A DNA stretch of 53,912 bases from Comamonas sp. Its GTDB lineage: Bacteria; Pseudomonadota; Gammaproteobacteria; Burkholderiales; Burkholderiaceae_C. The position numbers and the translations under genes are program-made. This document shows, in pieces, positions 12,206 to 23,253 of the stretch. Each line of letters begins with the position of its first letter. Position 1 is the first letter of the stretch. The stretch spans positions 1 through 53,912 of the forward strand of contig JAIOIA010000159.1 of the NCBI GenBank assembly GCA_019912745.1. The letters run 5' to 3'. The notes under the pieces are model-generated. The model saw only the letters and a program-made list of their open reading frames with translations. It ran no database searches and was not told the origin of the DNA.

Positions 12206-13654
12206 ATGCTGGTGACTTTCATCGTCCTGTATCTGCTGGTATCGATCGCCATCGGCCTGCTGGCCGCGCGGCGCGTGAAAAACACGGCGGATTACGCGGT
12301 GGCCGGGCGCAGCCTGCCGCTGGCGGTGGTGATTGCCACCACCTTCGCCACCTGGTTCGGCTCGGAGACAGTGCTGGGCGCGCCGGCGCAGTTCGTCAAG
12401 GAAGGGCTGCATGGCACGGTGGAAGATCCGTTCGGCGCGGGCCTGTGCCTGGTGCTCGTGGGCCTGTTCTTCGCACGCAAGCTCTACGCGATGAACATCA
12501 TCACCATCGGCGACTACTATCGGCGCCGGTTCGGGCGCGTGGTCGAGGTGCTGTGCTCCACCATCATCATCCTGAGCTACCTCGGCTGGGTGGCAGCGCA
12601 GATCACGGCGCTGGGCCTCGTATTCAGCATCCTGAGCGACGGCGCCATCACGCTCTCTTGGGGCATGGTGATCGGCACCGTGGTGGTGCTGATCTACACG
12701 CTCTACGGGGGTATGTGGTCGGTGGCGCTGACCGATTTCGTGCAGATGATCGTCATCGTGGCCGGGCTCGTGGCCATCGCCTGGTACGCGGCCGACATCG
12801 CCGGGGGCGCCGAGCGGGTGGTGGCCTACGCGGACAGCGAGGGCAAATTGCGCTTTCTGCCGACGGGCGGCGTCAAGGAGTGGACGTTTTTCTTCGCCGC
12901 GGCGATCACCATGATGCTCGGCTCGATTCCGCAGCAGGATGTGTTCCAGCGCGTGATGTCGTCCAACAGCGCCAATACCGCCCAGAACGGGCCGATTGTC
13001 GGCGGACTGCTGTACATCGGCTTCGCCTTCGTGCCCATGTTCGTGGTGATGGCCGCGCTGCTGGTGCTGCCGGGCACGGCCGCCATGCTCGACGACGACC
13101 CGCAAAAGGTGCTGCCCACGCTGGTCATGACGCACATGCCGGTGCTGCTGCAGGTGGCCTTCTTCGGCGCGCTGCTCTCAGCCATCATGTCCACCGCGTC
13201 GGCCACCTTGCTCGCGCCTGCCACGACCTTCGTGGAAAACATCCTGCGCAACCTCAAGCCCGGCATGAGTGATGAAGAGACGCTCAAGGCCATGCGCGTG
13301 AGCGTGCTGGTGTTTACCTTCTGCGTGCTCATCTATTCGATAACGATGGAGGGCTCGTCGATCTACGATCTGGTGTCGGGCGCCTACCAGGTGCCGCTCG
13401 TGGGGGCCTTCGTGCCGCTGCTGATGGGCGTGTACTGGAAGCGTGCGACAACCCAGGGCGCGCTGCTGGCCGTGGTTCTGGGCATCGCGGTGTGGCTGTG
13501 GTTCGTGGCCAGTCCGGTGCTCAACGAAGCTTTTCCGCAGCAGCTCGCGGGGCTGATCGCCTCCTTTGCCGGCATGTTGGGGGGCTCGCTGGCGCCGCAG
13601 TTCATCGCCGACCAGAAGGGGCGCACGCACCATTACGAGACGGCAGGCGCCTGA
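12206..13654 (+). CDS. sodium:solute symporter family protein
   Basis: VAGRSLP, ATWFGSETVLG, YTLYGGMWSVALTD, AIMSTASATLL; polytopic membrane protein. Confidence 0.92.
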   Translation: MLVTFIVLYLLVSIAIGLLAARRVKNTADYAVAGRSLPLAVVIATTFATWFGSETVLGAPAQFVKEGLHGTVEDPFGAGLCLVLVGLFFARKLYAMNIITIGDYYRRRFGRVVEVLCSTIIILSYLGWVAAQITALGLVFSILSDGAITLSWGMVIGTVVVLIYTLYGGMWSVALTDFVQMIVIVAGLVAIAWYAADIAGGAERVVAYADSEGKLRFLPTGGVKEWTFFFAAAITMMLGSIPQQDVFQRVMSSNSANTAQNGPIVGGLLYIGFAFVPMFVVMAALLVLPGTAAMLDDDPQKVLPTLVMTHMPVLLQVAFFGALLSAIMSTASATLLAPATTFVENILRNLKPGMSDEETLKAMRVSVLVFTFCVLIYSITMEGSSIYDLVSGAYQVPLVGAFVPLLMGVYWKRATTQGALLAVVLGIAVWLWFVASPVLNEAFPQQLAGLIASFAGMLGGSLAPQFIADQKGRTHHYETAGA

Positions 13655-13738
13655 ACCGGCGCGCCGCACGGGTGTGCCGCCCGGCCGGGCTGCGCTCCCT
13701 ATAATCGTGGGCTTTGCAAGAAATTTGCGCCATTTGAG

Positions 13739-14062
13739 ATGCCCATTTATTCCTACCGCTGCAGTCATTGCGGTCATGCCCAGGATGCGCTGCAAAAAAT
13801 ATCGGATGCGCCGCTCACGCATTGCCCTGCCTGCGGGCAGGATGCGTATGTCAAGCAGTTGACGGCGGCGGGTTTCCAGCTCAAGGGTACAGGCTGGTAC
13901 GAGACGGATTTCAGCGGCCGCAAGAGCAGCGCGCCCGCCGATGGCGCCAAGCCGCCGACCGCGGCCCCGGCGCCAGCCGCCAGCCCCGCAGCCACGGAGG
14001 TTGCCAAACCAGAAGCGCCTGTCGCGGCACCAGCAGCTGCTCCCGCCACTTCAGACGCTTGA
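13739..14062 (+). CDS. FmdB family zinc-ribbon protein
   Basis: MPIYSYRCSHCGH...CPACG...GFQLKGTGWYETDF with an Ala/Pro-rich tail; TATAAT at 13700-13705 upstream. Confidence 0.92.
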   Translation: MPIYSYRCSHCGHAQDALQKISDAPLTHCPACGQDAYVKQLTAAGFQLKGTGWYETDFSGRKSSAPADGAKPPTAAPAPAASPAATEVAKPEAPVAAPAAAPATSDA

Positions 14063-14076
14063 GGCGGAGTGCATTG

Positions 14077-14706
14077 ATGGCTGCATTGCGCAAATGGCTT
14101 TTCGCCGGCCTGCTGGTGATCGTGCCGGTGATCATCACCGCCTGGGTGTTGTCCTGGGTGGTCGGGATGCTCGATCAGACGCTGGAAATCCTGCCGACTG
14201 CCTGGCAGCCGGACCGCTTGCTCGGTTTTCACATCCCCGGCTTCGGCGTCGTGCTCACGCTGCTCATCCTGCTCGTCGTGGGGGGGCTCGCCAGCAACTT
14301 CTTTGGCCGCAAGCTCGTCTCCATGGGCGATGCGCTGGTGAGCCGCATCCCGGTCGTCCGCTCGATCTATTCCAGCGTCAAGCAGGTCTCGGACACGCTG
14401 TTTTCCGAAAGCGGCAACGCCTTTCGCACGGCCGTGCTGGTGCAGTGGCCGCGCGACGGGATGTGGACCGTCGCCTTTGTCACGGGCAACCCCAATGGCG
14501 AGGTGGCGGGCTATCTGCGTGATGAGTTCGTCAGCGTCTACGTGCCTACCACGCCGAACCCGACTAGCGGCTATTTCGTGCTCATGCGCAAGAGCGACTG
14601 CATCGAGCTGGAGATGAGCATTGACGAGGCGCTCAAGTACATTGTTTCGATGGGCGTCGTGGCGCCGCCCGACCCGGTGCTGGCCGACAGCGAGCAACAC
14701 CTTTGA
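14077..14706 (+). CDS. DUF502 domain membrane protein
   Basis: [27 protein letters not shown]; usual position before aspS. Confidence 0.92.
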   Translation: MAALRKWLFAGLLVIVPVIITAWVLSWVVGMLDQTLEILPTAWQPDRLLGFHIPGFGVVLTLLILLVVGGLASNFFGRKLVSMGDALVSRIPVVRSIYSSVKQVSDTLFSESGNAFRTAVLVQWPRDGMWTVAFVTGNPNGEVAGYLRDEFVSVYVPTTPNPTSGYFVLMRKSDCIELEMSIDEALKYIVSMGVVAPPDPVLADSEQHL

Positions 14707-14747
14707 CTGATCGACAGCGCCCCGCGCGGGCGCAGGAAGAAAACACC

Positions 14748-16544
14748 ATGGCCATGCGTTCCAACTACTGCGGTCTTGTGACCGAGGCCCTGATGGGTCA
14801 AACCGTCACCCTGTGCGGCTGGGTGAATCGCCGCCGCGACCATGGCGGCGTGATCTTCATCGACCTGCGCGACCGCGAAGGCTATGTGCAGGTGGTCTGC
14901 GACCCCGACCGCGCCGAAATGTTCAAGACGGCCGAGGGCATCCGCAACGAGTTCTGCCTGCAGGTGAAGGGCCTGGTGCGCGCGCGTCCCGAGGGCACCA
15001 CCAACGACAAGCTCACCAGCGGCCAGATCGAGGTGCTGTGCCACGAGCTCACGGTGCTCAACCCTTCGGTCACGCCGCCGTTTCAGATGGACGACGACAA
15101 CCTGTCGGAGACCACGCGCCTCACGCACCGCGTGATGGATCTGCGCCGCCCGGCCATGCAGCGCAACATGATGCTGCGCTACAAGACCGCGATCCAGGTG
15201 CGCAATTTCCTCGACCAGGAAGGCTTCGTCGATATTGAGACCCCCATGCTCGGCAAGAGCACGCCCGAGGGCGCGCGCGATTATCTCGTGCCCAGCCGCG
15301 TGCACGATGGCCAGTTCTACGCGTTGCCGCAGTCGCCGCAGCTGTACAAGCAGATGCTAATGGTGGCCGGCTACGACCGCTACTACCAGATCACCAAGTG
15401 CTTTCGCGACGAAGACCTGCGCGCCGACCGCCAGCCCGAGTTCACGCAGATCGACTGCGAGACCTCGTTCCTTGGCGAGGAGGAAATCCGCGACATCTTC
15501 CAGCGCATGATCAAGGAAGTGTTCCAGACCCAGTTGAATGTCGATCTGGGCGAGTTCCCGGTCATGAAGTACGCCGAGGCCATGCACCGCTACGGCTCGG
15601 ACAAGCCTGACCTGCGCGTGAAGCTCGAATTCACCGAGCTGACCGACGTGATGAAGGACGTTGACTTCAAGGTGTTCTCCGCTCCTGCGACGACGCCTGG
15701 GGGCCGCGTGGTGGCGCTGTGCGTGCCGGGCGGCGCGCAGATCTCGCGTGGCGAGATCGACGGTTACACCGAGTTCGTGAAGATCTACGGCGCCAAGGGC
15801 CTGGCGTGGATCAAGGTCAACGAAGCGGCCAAGGGCAGGGACGGCCTGCAGTCACCCATCGTCAAGAACATCCACGATGCGGCGATCGCCGAAATTCTCA
15901 AGCGCACCGGCGCGCGCGACGGCGACCTGATCTTCTTCGGCGCCGACAAGGCAAAGATCGTCAACGACAGCATCGGTGCCTTGCGCCTGAAGGTGGGCCT
16001 GAGCGAGTTCGGGCGCAAGCACGGCCTGTTCGAGGACCGTTGGGCGCCATTGTGGGTGGTGGACTTCCCGATGTTCGAGCACGACGACGAGGAAGACCGC
16101 TGGGTGGCCGTGCACCATCCGTTCACCTCGCCGAAGGACGGCCATGAAAACCTGATGGACACCGACCCGGGCGCCTGCCTGTCCAAGGCCTACGACATGG
16201 TCCTGAACGGCTGGGAGCTGGGCGGCGGTTCGGTGCGTATCCACCGTGCCGATGTGCAGAGCAAGGTGTTTGCCGCGCTCAAGATTGGCCCCGAGGAAGC
16301 GCGTGCCAAGTTCGGCTACCTGCTCGATGCGCTGCAGTACGGAGCGCCGCCGCATGGCGGCCTGGCGTTCGGCCTGGATCGTTTGATCACCCTGATGACC
16401 GGCGCCGAATCCATCCGCGACGTGATCGCCTTCCCCAAGACCCAGCGCGCGCAGGACCTGCTCACCCAGGCACCGTCGCCGGTCGATGAAAAGCAGCTGC
16501 GCGAGCTGCATATCCGGCTGCGCAACCCGGTGGTGGCTGGTTGA
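14748..16544 (+). CDS. aspS: aspartate--tRNA ligase, probably non-discriminating Asp/Asn type
   Basis: [57 protein letters not shown]. Confidence 0.97.
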   Translation: MAMRSNYCGLVTEALMGQTVTLCGWVNRRRDHGGVIFIDLRDREGYVQVVCDPDRAEMFKTAEGIRNEFCLQVKGLVRARPEGTTNDKLTSGQIEVLCHELTVLNPSVTPPFQMDDDNLSETTRLTHRVMDLRRPAMQRNMMLRYKTAIQVRNFLDQEGFVDIETPMLGKSTPEGARDYLVPSRVHDGQFYALPQSPQLYKQMLMVAGYDRYYQITKCFRDEDLRADRQPEFTQIDCETSFLGEEEIRDIFQRMIKEVFQTQLNVDLGEFPVMKYAEAMHRYGSDKPDLRVKLEFTELTDVMKDVDFKVFSAPATTPGGRVVALCVPGGAQISRGEIDGYTEFVKIYGAKGLAWIKVNEAAKGRDGLQSPIVKNIHDAAIAEILKRTGARDGDLIFFGADKAKIVNDSIGALRLKVGLSEFGRKHGLFEDRWAPLWVVDFPMFEHDDEEDRWVAVHHPFTSPKDGHENLMDTDPGACLSKAYDMVLNGWELGGGSVRIHRADVQSKVFAALKIGPEEARAKFGYLLDALQYGAPPHGGLAFGLDRLITLMTGAESIRDVIAFPKTQRAQDLLTQAPSPVDEKQLRELHIRLRNPVVAG

Positions 16545-16571
16545 ACGCGATAACGCGTGATGCAGAATGCA

Positions 16572-16598
16572 AAGGGCGCCTTGTGCGCCCTTCGTTTT
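16572..16598 (+). terminator. probable intrinsic terminator after aspS
   Basis: AAGGGCGC-cttgt-GCGCCCTT stem followed by CGTTTT. Confidence 0.6.
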
Positions 16599-16608
16599 GG
16601 GAGGTGGG

Positions 16609-17526
16609 ATGGTGATTCCGGATTACGAATCTTTGATGTTGCCGCTGTTGATGCGCTTGGAGGATGGGCGAGAGCGCGTGCTCAAAGATCTGCAGCAGGA
16701 GCTGGCCGATGAATTTCGGCTGACGGATGAGGAGCGCATGCAGTTACTTCCCAGTGGGGCAACGCTCACGTTTGCCTCCAGGATGGGGTGGGCGAAGACC
16801 TATCTGAAGAAGGCAGGGCTGGTGAGTCAACCTCGACGCGGTGACGTGCAGATCACTGAACGTGGCAAGGAGGCGCTAGCGCAGAAACCAGCACGGATTG
16901 ACGTGAAGTTCCTGGAGCAGTACGCCGACTTCATGGAGTTCAGGAGTGGTGCGAAGGCCAAGGAAGGCACTGAACACGAGCAGGCGAACACCGCACTCGC
17001 TTCCGATCTGACTCCAGATGAAATCATGGAGTCTGCATATTTGAAATCCCGTTCCGCATTGGCAGATGAGGTTCTGGAGCGCATTGCTGGGTGTTCCCCT
17101 GCGTTCTTCGAGCGGCTCGTGGTTCAGTTGCTCATCAAAATGGGCTACGGTGGCAGCCGTGACGAGGCGGGGCGGGCCGTGGGCCGCAGTGGCGATGGCG
17201 GGATTGACGGCGTCATCAATGAAGACCGCCTGGGGTTGGATGCCATCTACCTGCAGGCCAAGCGCTGGGGCAATGGGGTGGGGCGCCCGGAAATACAGCA
17301 GTTTGTCGGTGCATTGGCAGGGCAAAGAGCGAGCAAGGGCGTGTTCATCACGACCTCCCGCTTCACGCAGGAGGCGCGCAGCTACGCGGCCAACAGCCAG
17401 TACAAGGTGGTGTTGGTTGATGGTGAGCGCCTGGCGGACCTGATGATCGACAACGAACTGGGCGTGTCGGTCATTGCCAACTACCCGATCAAGCGCATCG
17501 ATTCGGACTTCTTTGCCGAGGAATAA
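16609..17526 (+). CDS. mrr: Mrr-family type IV (modification-dependent) restriction endonuclease
   Basis: Mrr_N winged helix (IPDYESLMLPLL...RMGWAKTYLKKAGLV) and catalytic DGGIDG...YLQAKRW...GVFITTS; GGAGG before ATG 16609. Confidence 0.93.
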   Translation: MVIPDYESLMLPLLMRLEDGRERVLKDLQQELADEFRLTDEERMQLLPSGATLTFASRMGWAKTYLKKAGLVSQPRRGDVQITERGKEALAQKPARIDVKFLEQYADFMEFRSGAKAKEGTEHEQANTALASDLTPDEIMESAYLKSRSALADEVLERIAGCSPAFFERLVVQLLIKMGYGGSRDEAGRAVGRSGDGGIDGVINEDRLGLDAIYLQAKRWGNGVGRPEIQQFVGALAGQRASKGVFITTSRFTQEARSYAANSQYKVVLVDGERLADLMIDNELGVSVIANYPIKRIDSDFFAEE

Positions 17527-17568
17527 GGCACGGTTGGAGTGCCATCCGACTCTATCGGATATATTGGT

Positions 17569-17617
17569 GGAATACGGTTCTAACGCTTTCTGGATAAGCG
17601 CTGGCAGCTATGGAAAC
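17569..17617 (+). repeat. dispersed REP-like repeat, copy 4
   Basis: GGATAAGCGCTGGCAGCTATGGAAA between the convergent mrr and pirin genes. Confidence 0.65.
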
Positions 17618-17619
17618 AG

Positions 17620-18495
17620 TCATTTCGGCAGCGGGATGAACTCCACCTCGTCGCCCACCACTTTCGGAAAGCGCTGTGCCTGCCAGTCTTCGCGTGAGCG
17701 CTCGATGCGCTCCTTGGTGCTCGCGACGAAGTTCCAGTCGATGAAGCGCTTCCCTATGGGGTGGCCGCCGATCAGCGCAATGCGCGCGTCGGTCGTGGCG
17801 CGTATCACCACGTCTGCCGGGCCATCGACTACAGCAAGTGCATGCTCGGGCAGCGCCGTGTCGCCCGCAGCGAGGGTGCCGCTGGCGGCGTACAGCGCCA
17901 GCTCCGGAACCTGCGGCAGGCGCAGGGTCTGGCCGGGTGCCATATGAGCTTCGGCGTAGAGCGCACCCGCATAGGTCGGTACCGGGGATTGCAGGCCCCA
18001 GGCAGCGCCCATCATCACGCGGACGTTCACGTCATTGATGGTCGTGCGGGGCAGGTCACTGGCGTCGTAGTGAAAGAAGGCCGGTGTGCAGTCCTCGTCC
18101 TCTTCGGGAAGCGCCAGCCACAGCTGCAGGCCATGTAGCCGGTGGACGCGATCGCGCACCTCGGGGCGTTCGCGCTCCGAATGCGTGATGCCACGCCCGG
18201 CCACCATCAGGTTGATGTCGCCGGGCGTAATGGTCTGCGCATGGCCCAGCGAGTCACGGTGCAGGATTTCGCCCTCGAACAGGTAGGTGACGGTGGCCAG
18301 TCCAATGTGCGGGTGCGGGCGTACGTTGATGCCGTCGCCTGGCGCGAACCGGGCCGGGCCCATGTGATCCAGGAAGATCCACGGCCCCACGGTCTTGCGC
18401 CGCGCGGTGGGCAGCAGGCGGCGCACCGCCAGGCCGTCCAGCGGCCGCTCGCGCGCCGCGATGATGTCGATGACGCCGTCGTGTGCTGCAGTCAT
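17620..18495 (-). CDS. pirin family protein
   Basis: GPWIFLDHMGP, PHPHIGLATVTYLFEG, HRDSLG, GITHSE, LQLWLALP. Confidence 0.94.
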   Translation of the reverse strand: MTAAHDGVIDIIAARERPLDGLAVRRLLPTARRKTVGPWIFLDHMGPARFAPGDGINVRPHPHIGLATVTYLFEGEILHRDSLGHAQTITPGDINLMVAGRGITHSERERPEVRDRVHRLHGLQLWLALPEEDEDCTPAFFHYDASDLPRTTINDVNVRVMMGAAWGLQSPVPTYAGALYAEAHMAPGQTLRLPQVPELALYAASGTLAAGDTALPEHALAVVDGPADVVIRATTDARIALIGGHPIGKRFIDWNFVASTKERIERSREDWQAQRFPKVVGDEVEFIPLPK

Positions 18496-18500
18496 GGCGC

Positions 18501-19382
18501 TCAGCCCTCCACGGCGGCGCGGCCCGGCATCTCGCCGAAGTGTCCGCCCTGCAGATCGACGAAGGCCTGGCGGATTTCGGCCTGGGTGTTCATCACGAAC
18601 GGGCCGTAGGCGGCGATGGGCTCATCGATCGGTTCGCCGCTCAGCACCAGCAGATGCGCGCCGCTCTCGGCAGCCACGCGTGCGCCGCTGCCCGCGCGGC
18701 TCAGGTGCACCACCTGCGCGTCGAACGCGGCGGTGTCGCCCACGGTCATATGGCCCTGCAGCACGACCACGGCGCTGCTCCAGCCCTCGGGCAGCGGCAG
18801 CTCGCAGGCGCCGCCCGCCGTCAGACGCACGTCCCAGACGTGCATGGGGGTGAAGGTGTTGGCCGGGCCTCGTCGGCCATCGAGCTCGCCCGCGATGAGA
18901 CGCGCGCTGCCCGCGCCATGGGCCAGCACCACGGTGGGAATCTGCGCGGCGCTGATCGCCTGGTAGCCGGGCGCGGCGCGCTTGTCGCGCGCGGGCAGGT
19001 TGACCCAGAGCTGCGCCATCTCGAACCGGCCGCCCCGGCGTGCCCATTCGCGACCGTGGAATTCCTCGTGCAGGATGCCGCTGGCGGCGGTCATCCACTG
19101 CACGTCGCCCGGGCCGATCGTGCCGCCCTGGCCAGTGGAATCGAGGTGCTCGACCTCGCCATCGAAGACGATGGTGACGGTTTCAAAGCCCCGGTGCGGG
19201 TGCTCGCCCACGCCGCGCCGGCGCGTGGTGGGCTCGAATTGCGCCGGGCCGCCGTAATCTAGCATCAGGAAGGGCGAGAGCAGCGGCGCGTGCTGGTGGT
19301 AGTTGAACAGCGTGCGCACCGGAAAACCGTCGCCCACCCAGTGGCCCTGTGGGGCGCTGAAGACGTGCTCTACCTGCTTCAT
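18501..19382 (-). CDS. pirin family protein (second subfamily)
   Basis: HWVGDGFPVR, HPHRGFETVT, WMTAASGILHEE, YGPFVMN; AAGGAG before ATG 19382. Confidence 0.94.
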   Translation of the reverse strand: MKQVEHVFSAPQGHWVGDGFPVRTLFNYHQHAPLLSPFLMLDYGGPAQFEPTTRRRGVGEHPHRGFETVTIVFDGEVEHLDSTGQGGTIGPGDVQWMTAASGILHEEFHGREWARRGGRFEMAQLWVNLPARDKRAAPGYQAISAAQIPTVVLAHGAGSARLIAGELDGRRGPANTFTPMHVWDVRLTAGGACELPLPEGWSSAVVVLQGHMTVGDTAAFDAQVVHLSRAGSGARVAAESGAHLLVLSGEPIDEPIAAYGPFVMNTQAEIRQAFVDLQGGHFGEMPGRAAVEG

Positions 19383-19407
19383 GGTGAACTCCTTTGCTCT
19401 GGTTTTG

Positions 19408-19479
19408 ATTGTAAAAACCAATACAAATTCAGGGCGTTGGCCTGAAGGCGTTACACCGTTTCATTTGTGATGCCAATGG
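19408..19479 (-). promoter_or_regulatory. pirin operon promoter with dyad elements
   Basis: Minus-strand TACAAT (19413-19408) overlaps a TTGTA-N8-TACAA dyad (19409-19426); a second imperfect dyad CCGTT...AATGG lies at ~19456-19479. Confidence 0.4.
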
Positions 19480-19495
19480 CCGGAAATGGTCGGAC

Positions 19496-20317
19496 TCAGT
19501 AGCCGAGCCGTTCCGGCCGGATTTCCTGCAGGATAGTGGTAGCGATCTCTTCGATGGATTTGGTGGTCGAGGACAGCCAGCGGATGCCCGAGCGGCGCAT
19601 CATGGCCTCGGCCTCGTGCACCTCGGCGCGGCAGTTGGTCAGGCTGGCGTAGCGTGAGCCGGGGCGGCGCTCGCTGCGGATCTCCGACAGGCGCTCGGGG
19701 CTGATGGTCAGGCCGAAGATCTTCTTGCGAAACGGCGCCAGCGCGGGTGGCAACTGCTTGCGTTCGAAGTCCTCGGGAATCAAGGGGTAGTTGGCCGCCT
19801 TCAGCCCGTGCTGCATCGCCAGATACAGGCTGGTGGGTGTCTTGCCGCTGCGCGAGACGCCCACCAGAATCACGTCGGCACCGACCAGGTCGTCATGCGT
19901 CTGGCCGTCATCGTGCGCCAGGCTGAAGTTGATCGCCTCGATGCGGTCGTGGTACTGCTTGTTCTGGCTGATGTCCGAGAAACGCCCGACGCGATGGTGG
20001 CTCTTGATGCCCAGCTCGTCTTCCAGCGGTTGCACGAAGGTGCCGAACATGTCCAGCATCATGCCCTTGCACTCATCCCGGATCACCTTGAGCACCTGCA
20101 TGTCCACGAGCGTGGTGAACACCAGCGGCTTGCGCGCTTCGACCTCGGCCGTGTGATTGATCTGGCGCACCACCTGATGCGCCTTGTCCTCGGAATCGAT
20201 GAAAGGCAGGCGCACGCGCCGGGGCTCGATGTCGAATTGCGCGAGGATGGCGTTGCCGAAGGTTTCGGCGGTGATGCCGGTGCCGTCGGAGACGAAAAAT
20301 ACGGTGCGATGGGTCAT
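19496..20317 (-). CDS. ppsR: PEP synthase regulatory protein (kinase/pyrophosphorylase)
   Basis: [35 protein letters not shown]; divergent from ppsA. Confidence 0.95.
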   Translation of the reverse strand: MTHRTVFFVSDGTGITAETFGNAILAQFDIEPRRVRLPFIDSEDKAHQVVRQINHTAEVEARKPLVFTTLVDMQVLKVIRDECKGMMLDMFGTFVQPLEDELGIKSHHRVGRFSDISQNKQYHDRIEAINFSLAHDDGQTHDDLVGADVILVGVSRSGKTPTSLYLAMQHGLKAANYPLIPEDFERKQLPPALAPFRKKIFGLTISPERLSEIRSERRPGSRYASLTNCRAEVHEAEAMMRRSGIRWLSSTTKSIEEIATTILQEIRPERLGY

Positions 20318-20518
20318 GCGTGCGGGCCGGGGCCGGGTCGACAGGGGGTAGCGGCGTTGCATGCGCAACGCCTACAATCGAGTGATTATTCATGTTTCTT
20401 GCACCATGCAGCGCGCTGGCCTACACCTCCAACGACAAAGCCCAAGAGGCTGCATGGGCGTTCGCCTGCCCGACTTGCGGGGCGCGGCAGACCCGGTTTC
20501 AACTTCTGGAGCTTTCCC

Positions 20519-22909
20519 ATGTCTGCACGCTTTGAGGCGACCGCCCTGGTCGTACCGTTTGAAAACCTGAGGATGACCGACGTCGAGGTGGTCGGCGGCA
20601 AGAATGCCAGCCTCGGCGAGATGATTTCTCAACTGCCCCAAGGCGTGCGCGTGCCCACGGGCTTTGCGACGACGGCGCACGCGTTTCGCGAGTTCCTGAA
20701 ATACGAAGGCCTGTCGGCCCGCATCAGCGAGCGCCTGGCGCGCCTCGATGTCGATGACGTGCGCGCGCTGGCCGAGGCGGGCACCGAGATCCGTGGCTGG
20801 GTGGAAAACCAGCCTTTTCCGGCCGACCTGGAAAAGGCCGTGCGCGATGCCTTCGCCGCGTTGAGCAGCGGAAACGCGCAGACGAGCTTCGCCGTGCGCA
20901 GCTCGGCCACGGCCGAGGATCTGCCCGATGCCTCGTTTGCCGGACAGCAGGAGACTTTTCTGAACGTCGTCGGTATCGAGGACGTGTTGCACAAGATGAA
21001 GGAGGTGTTCGCCAGCCTCTACAACGATCGCGCCATCAGCTATCGCGTGCACAAGGGCTTCGCGCACGACGTGGTGGCGCTGTCGGCGGGCGTGCAGCGC
21101 ATGGTGCGCTCGGACCTGGGCGCGGCCGGCGTGATGTTCACCATCGACACTGAAAGCGGTTTTGATCAGGTGGTTTTCATCACCAGCAGCTACGGCCTGG
21201 GCGAGACGGTGGTGCAGGGCGCGGTGAACCCGGACGAGTTCTACGTGCACAAACCCATGCTGCGCGCGGGCAAGCGCGCGGTGATCCGGCGCAACCTCGG
21301 TTCCAAGCTGATCCAGATGGTGTTTTCCACGCCCGAGGAAAAGGCCGCCAGTGGCAAGCTCGTCAAGACCACCGATGTGGCTGCCGAGCTGCGCAACCGC
21401 TACAGCCTGACGGATGCCGAGGTGGAGCAGCTCGCGCACTACGCGCTCACCATCGAGCAGCATTACGGCCGTCCGATGGACATCGAATGGGGCAAGGACG
21501 GAGGCGACGGCCAGCTTTACATCCTGCAGGCGCGCCCCGAGACGGTGAAGAGCCAGGCCAAGGGCCAGGCCGAGCAGCGCTTCAGGCTCAAGAGCACGGG
21601 CGCGGTGCTGGCCGAGGGCCGCGCGATCGGGCAGAAGATAGGCACCGGCCCGGTGCGGCTGGTGCACGACATCCGCGAGATGGACAAGGTGCAGGCCGGT
21701 GACGTGCTCGTGACCGACATGACCGACCCCAACTGGGAACCGGTGATGAAAAAGGCCAGCGCCATCGTCACCAACCGGGGCGGCAGAACCTGCCACGCGG
21801 CCATCATCGCGCGCGAGCTTGGCATTCCCGCTGTGGTCGGCTGCGGCAATGCGACGGAATTGCTCAAGGATGGCACGCTGGTCACGGTGAGCTGCGCCGA
21901 GGGCGACACCGGTCACATCTATGACGGCCTGCTGGAGACCGAAGTGACCGAGGTGCAGCGCGGCGAGATGCCCAAGATCGCCACCAAGATCATGATGAAC
22001 GTCGGCAACCCGCAGCTCGCGTTCGATTTCGCCCAGCTGCCCAACGACGGTGTGGGGCTGGCGCGGCTGGAATTCATCATCAACAACAACATTGGCGTGC
22101 ACCCCAAGGCCATCCTGGACTACCCCGCCGTCGATGCCGACCTGAAGAAGGCGGTGGAGAGCGTGGCGCGCGGCCATGCCAGCCCGCGGGCCTTCTACGT
22201 GGACAAGGTGGCCGAGGGCGTGGCGACCATCGCTGCCGCCTTCTGGCCTAAAACCGTGATCGTGCGCCTGTCGGACTTCAAGAGCAACGAGTACCGCAAG
22301 CTCATCGGCGGCAGCCGCTACGAGCCCGACGAGGAGAACCCAATGCTGGGCTTTCGCGGCACGGCGCGCTACATCAGCGCCGAATTCGCCGAGGCGTTCG
22401 CCATGGAGTGCGAGGCCTTGAAGCGCGTACGCGGCGAGATGGGTCTCGTCAACGTGCAGGTGATGGTGCCGTTCGTGCGCACGCTGGGGCAGGCCAGGCG
22501 CGTGACCGAGCTGCTGGCCGAGCACGGCCTGAAGCGCGGCGAGAACGACCTGAAGATCATCATGATGTGCGAGGTGCCGAGCAACGCGGTGCTGGCCGAC
22601 GAATTCCTCGAATATTTCGATGGGTTCTCGGTCGGATCGAATGACCTGACGCAACTCACGCTCGGGCTCGATCGCGATTCGGGGCTGGAGCTGCTCGCGC
22701 GTGATTTCGACGAACGCGATCCGGCCGTCAAGGCGCTGCTCAAGCAGGCGATCGCCGCGTGCAAGCGCCAGGGCAAGTATGTGGGCATCTGCGGCCAGGG
22801 CCCTAGCGACCATCCGGATTTCGCCCAGTGGCTGGCGGATGAGGGCATCGTCTCGATTTCGCTCAACCCAGATACGGTGGTTGCCACCTGGCAGCAGCTG
22901 GCGCGCTGA
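20519..22909 (+). CDS. ppsA: phosphoenolpyruvate synthase
   Basis: [23 protein letters not shown], phospho-His motif [25 protein letters not shown]. Confidence 0.97.
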   Translation: MSARFEATALVVPFENLRMTDVEVVGGKNASLGEMISQLPQGVRVPTGFATTAHAFREFLKYEGLSARISERLARLDVDDVRALAEAGTEIRGWVENQPFPADLEKAVRDAFAALSSGNAQTSFAVRSSATAEDLPDASFAGQQETFLNVVGIEDVLHKMKEVFASLYNDRAISYRVHKGFAHDVVALSAGVQRMVRSDLGAAGVMFTIDTESGFDQVVFITSSYGLGETVVQGAVNPDEFYVHKPMLRAGKRAVIRRNLGSKLIQMVFSTPEEKAASGKLVKTTDVAAELRNRYSLTDAEVEQLAHYALTIEQHYGRPMDIEWGKDGGDGQLYILQARPETVKSQAKGQAEQRFRLKSTGAVLAEGRAIGQKIGTGPVRLVHDIREMDKVQAGDVLVTDMTDPNWEPVMKKASAIVTNRGGRTCHAAIIARELGIPAVVGCGNATELLKDGTLVTVSCAEGDTGHIYDGLLETEVTEVQRGEMPKIATKIMMNVGNPQLAFDFAQLPNDGVGLARLEFIINNNIGVHPKAILDYPAVDADLKKAVESVARGHASPRAFYVDKVAEGVATIAAAFWPKTVIVRLSDFKSNEYRKLIGGSRYEPDEENPMLGFRGTARYISAEFAEAFAMECEALKRVRGEMGLVNVQVMVPFVRTLGQARRVTELLAEHGLKRGENDLKIIMMCEVPSNAVLADEFLEYFDGFSVGSNDLTQLTLGLDRDSGLELLARDFDERDPAVKALLKQAIAACKRQGKYVGICGQGPSDHPDFAQWLADEGIVSISLNPDTVVATWQQLAR

Positions 22910-22932
22910 GCGCCGCGCCCCCTGAATCGCGC

Positions 22933-23253
22933 ATGTTGCCGGCCCCCGCACCCGACTCCGGCCCCGAGCGGGTGGGGGTGCCGCTGGACCCGGCTTTGCC
23001 GGACCTGCACCACCTCGGCTTCAAGCTGGTGCTGCTCGCCGTATGGGCGGCATCGTCGTTCGGCGTGGGTTATTTCGCCGAGTACCTGCAATTCCGGATT
23101 GGCCCGTGGCCTTTCAGTTACTGGGTGGCGGCGCAGGGTGGCGTGCTGGTGTTCATCGTGCTCATCTGGGTCTACTACTGGGTGATGCGCGGGTATGACC
23201 GACGTGCCGACGAAGTCGCGTCGGCACGCGGCGATGCGGGGCCACATGGCTGA
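22933..23253 (+). CDS. DUF4212 small membrane partner of a solute symporter
   Basis: Two TM segments, GPWPFSYWVAAQG; overlaps the start of the downstream symporter. Confidence 0.85.
   Translation: MLPAPAPDSGPERVGVPLDPALPDLHHLGFKLVLLAVWAASSFGVGYFAEYLQFRIGPWPFSYWVAAQGGVLVFIVLIWVYYWVMRGYDRRADEVASARGDAGPHG

Noticed and set aside
9373-12285. 970-aa minus-strand ORF, and similar long ORFs at 20390-22951, 27424-28899, 35817-37598 and 46008-48362
   Set aside because: Antisense shadows of well-supported genes, caused by GC-rich codon bias. They show no protein motifs.
17527-17590. attC site making mrr an integron cassette
   Set aside because: No properly oriented RYYYAAC...GTTRRRY pair and no integron integrase.
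19808-20518. Apparent 237-aa N-terminal extension of PpsA
   Set aside because: Mostly antisense to ppsR. The real start is ATG 20519 with GGAG upstream.
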